NCBI GenBank assembly: GCA_963783885.1 | Contig: CAWAPJ010000038.1 | Span: forward strand, 1 to 18,915 | Source of the DNA: Waddliaceae bacterium | GTDB taxonomy: Bacteria > Chlamydiota > Chlamydiia > Chlamydiales > SLFE01 | Direction of reading: 5' to 3' | Length of the DNA: 18,915 nucleotides | Shown here: in pieces, positions 16,964-18,915 of the stretch | How positions within the stretch are numbered: the stretch's first letter is position 1 | How the letters are laid out: each line of letters starts with the position of its first letter | Translations under genes and position numbers: made by a program | The notes under the pieces: generated by a model | Databases searched by the model: none | What the model saw: only the letters and a program-made list of their open reading frames with translations | What the model was told of the DNA's origin: nothing

Positions 16964-17962
16964 TTATCTCGGGAGAGCGAGGCCGACTGCCTCTGGGTTC
17001 AGCAGGGGAGTTTTCAGGAAAATCTTGCTTAGATACTTGATGCCGCTGTCGGGCGCCACCGTGATGATCACGCTTTTTTTTGTGAGTCCTTGTGCGATTT
17101 TGAGGGCCGCCCATACATTGGCGCCTGTCGAGCCGCCGGCCAGAATCCCTTCCTGCGCGGCTAAAGCTCTCGCCGTGTCAAACGCTTCTTCATCTTCTAC
17201 TTGCATCATATCATCGACAAGGGAAAAATCGATCGCCTTGGCGATGTGGTCCTCGCCGATTCCTTCTACTTGGTAGCTGCAGCTAGCGTCTTTCGGAATC
17301 TTTCCGGTTTTAAAATAAGGATAATAGATCGAGCCGACCGGGTCGGGCATAATCACTTTTAAGTCGGGATTTCTTTCTTTCAGGTATTTGCCCACGCCGC
17401 TGACTGTTCCTCCGGTGCTTCCTGAGGCAACGAAGTAGTCGACCTCGCCATCGCACTGCGCCCAAATTTCCGGTCCCGTTGTCAGATAGTGCGCTTCGGG
17501 ATTGAGGGGGTTGTCGTACTGGTTGATGCGAAAACTTCCCGGAATTTCTTCGGCCAGGCGGCGTGCCGTATTGACATAATGATCGGGCGAGTCGGGTGCT
17601 GCCGATGTGGGGCAGACGACAATTTCCGCACCGAAAGCTTTCAAAGCGTTTTGTTTTTCCATACTGACTTTATCCGGCATAGTGAGGATAACTCTGTAGC
17701 CCCTTATGGCGGCGATCATCGCCGCTGCCGCTCCGGTATTTCCCGAAGTATTTTCGACAATCGTCCCCCCGGGTTTCAGGAGGCCGTCCTGTTCGGCTTT
17801 ATCGATAATATAGCGGACAATGCGGTCCTTGATACTGAGTCCCGGGTTGAAGAACTCCAATTTTATAAGGATTGTCACTAAAGGATTCGGGCACAGCCTT
17901 TGCAGCCTGACAAGAGGAGTTTGCCCGATCGCGTCGAGAACTGTCGAATATCTACTAGTCAT
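16964..17962 (-). CDS. Cystathionine beta-synthase / cysteine synthase family PLP enzyme (catalytic core only)
   Basis: Motifs IGQTPLV, KLEFFNPGLSIKDR (PLP Lys), ENTSGNTG, MPDKVSMEK, NQYDNPLNPEAHY, STGGT, YQVEGIGED and PDSGIKYLSK. The NQYxNPxN and EGIGED motifs are CBS-type. No N-terminal heme extension or C-terminal CBS domains. Alternative start at 17980. Confidence 0.92.
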   Translation of the reverse strand: MTSRYSTVLDAIGQTPLVRLQRLCPNPLVTILIKLEFFNPGLSIKDRIVRYIIDKAEQDGLLKPGGTIVENTSGNTGAAAAMIAAIRGYRVILTMPDKVSMEKQNALKAFGAEIVVCPTSAAPDSPDHYVNTARRLAEEIPGSFRINQYDNPLNPEAHYLTTGPEIWAQCDGEVDYFVASGSTGGTVSGVGKYLKERNPDLKVIMPDPVGSIYYPYFKTGKIPKDASCSYQVEGIGEDHIAKAIDFSLVDDMMQVEDEEAFDTARALAAQEGILAGGSTGANVWAALKIAQGLTKKSVIITVAPDSGIKYLSKIFLKTPLLNPEAVGLALPR

Positions 17963-18008
17963 AAATACAGTTAAAATCATAAAATCGAGTTAAAAACAAG
18001 GAGGAAAT

Positions 18009-18404
18009 GTGGATTTATCTCGAAGAATTAATGTTGGAAAGGAATTTGCCGCTTGCTTCACACAGGAGAATTCGGATCGGTTTGCAGAGCTGCTTTGCGA
18101 TGATGTCTGCATGGAGTACACACGAGATTCGTATCAACTTTCATTTGCCGGCAAAGAACAGGTAATTCAAAAAGCCAATGAGCTATTTTTTGAGCGTGTG
18201 AAAGGCCTCGCTGAATTTCAGTTCAAAAAATATTCCCTCAAAACAGACACTAAAAATGATCGAATTGTTGTGAGAACGACGATTCATGTCAAAGGACATG
18301 ATAATTCTCCCATAAAATTTTTGGGCGTCCACGAACTTTATGTCAAAAACGAAGACGAAAATTTTAGGATTTATAAAATTATCAGTGCCAACAAGTCATC
18401 ATAA
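18009..18404 (+). CDS. SnoaL-like / NTF2-fold protein
   Basis: GTG start after AAGGAGG. The pattern F...F...D.FAELL.DDV......GKEQV, followed by beta strands and a terminal F.I..I, fits SnoaL-like proteins. Confidence 0.7.
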   Translation: MDLSRRINVGKEFAACFTQENSDRFAELLCDDVCMEYTRDSYQLSFAGKEQVIQKANELFFERVKGLAEFQFKKYSLKTDTKNDRIVVRTTIHVKGHDNSPIKFLGVHELYVKNEDENFRIYKIISANKSS

Positions 18405-18911
18405 TTTTTGTTGGTAGACTTTGAAGTCTGACTGGGAGAAGAGGATAAATCTCACTTCCGAGAGGATGGGGTTGCTTTCGGTAAATTCTTTGACGGTTCT
18501 GAGTGCAATATCAGCAGCGCTGTCAATGGGATACCCATAGGCGCCGGTACTGATCGAAGGGAATGCGATTGTTTTCACCCCGTTTTCAGCAGCGAGGGAA
18601 AGCGAGTTGAGATAGGCATTCCTAAGAAGTTGATGTTCGTTTTGGCCGCCGCCCTGCCATACCGGGCCGACTGTATGAATGACATATCGGGCATTCAGGT
18701 TGCCGGCTGTTGTAATTACAGCCTCACCGGTGGGGCATTTTCCCTTGGTTTCCCGAATTTTTTTGCACTCTTCAAGGATCACCGGGCCTCCTGCTCTGTG
18801 TATGGCGCCGTCGACACCTCCTCCGCCAAGAAGCCCCGAGTTGGCGGCATTGACGATCGCGTCAACGTCTTCTTCTGTAATGTCGCCCTGCTTTAAAATG
18901 ATCTTTGTCAT
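18399..18911 (-). CDS. ymdB: Macrodomain O-acetyl-ADP-ribose deacetylase (YmdB/MacroD type)
   Basis: Motifs [37 protein letters not shown] and [14 protein letters not shown]. The start is 4 nt from the window edge. Confidence 0.95.
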   Translation of the reverse strand: MTKIILKQGDITEEDVDAIVNAANSGLLGGGGVDGAIHRAGGPVILEECKKIRETKGKCPTGEAVITTAGNLNARYVIHTVGPVWQGGGQNEHQLLRNAYLNSLSLAAENGVKTIAFPSISTGAYGYPIDSAADIALRTVKEFTESNPILSEVRFILFSQSDFKVYQQKL

Positions 18912-18915
18912 GTTT

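Noticed and set aside
17963..18008. AGTTAAAA direct repeat (17969, 17988) in the divergent cbs/SnoaL spacer
   Set aside because: It is short and AT-rich and cannot be distinguished from chance without comparative data.
18399..18911. Macrodomain as part of a toxin-antitoxin or anti-phage system (DarG/ThsA-like)
   Set aside because: It is a stand-alone canonical YmdB/MacroD sequence with no partner ADP-ribosyltransferase or sirtuin visible in the window. The upstream context is outside the window.

Overview
Bacterial chromosomal segment, probably from an environmental chlamydia (inferred from the style of the large hypothetical proteins and the Cys-rich envelope proteins; not verified). The left part (1-6772) is accessory and effector-like. 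It holds a >1115-aa protein, cut by the window edge, whose C-terminal half has a papain/YopT-like Gln-Cys...His...Asp motif set. It also holds a structured inverted-repeat element, a decayed fragment paralogous to the neighbouring 619-aa hypothetical gene, a TauE/SafE (TSUP) transporter and a small His/Cys-rich ORF. The middle part has a CPA1 Na+/H+ antiporter, two tandem paralogous signal-peptide proteins with a WYL-like sequence pattern, and cystathionine gamma-lyase/synthase. A five-gene ybhG-ybhF-ybhS-ybhR-NodT ABC efflux operon sits in opposite orientation between the cystathionine beta-synthase and gamma-lyase genes. The right end has a SnoaL/NTF2-like protein and a YmdB-type macrodomain. 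No rRNA, tRNA, CRISPR array, transposase or integrase was seen. The best leads are the exported WYL-like pair, the putative cysteine-protease effector, the three-way-junction element and the paralog remnant.
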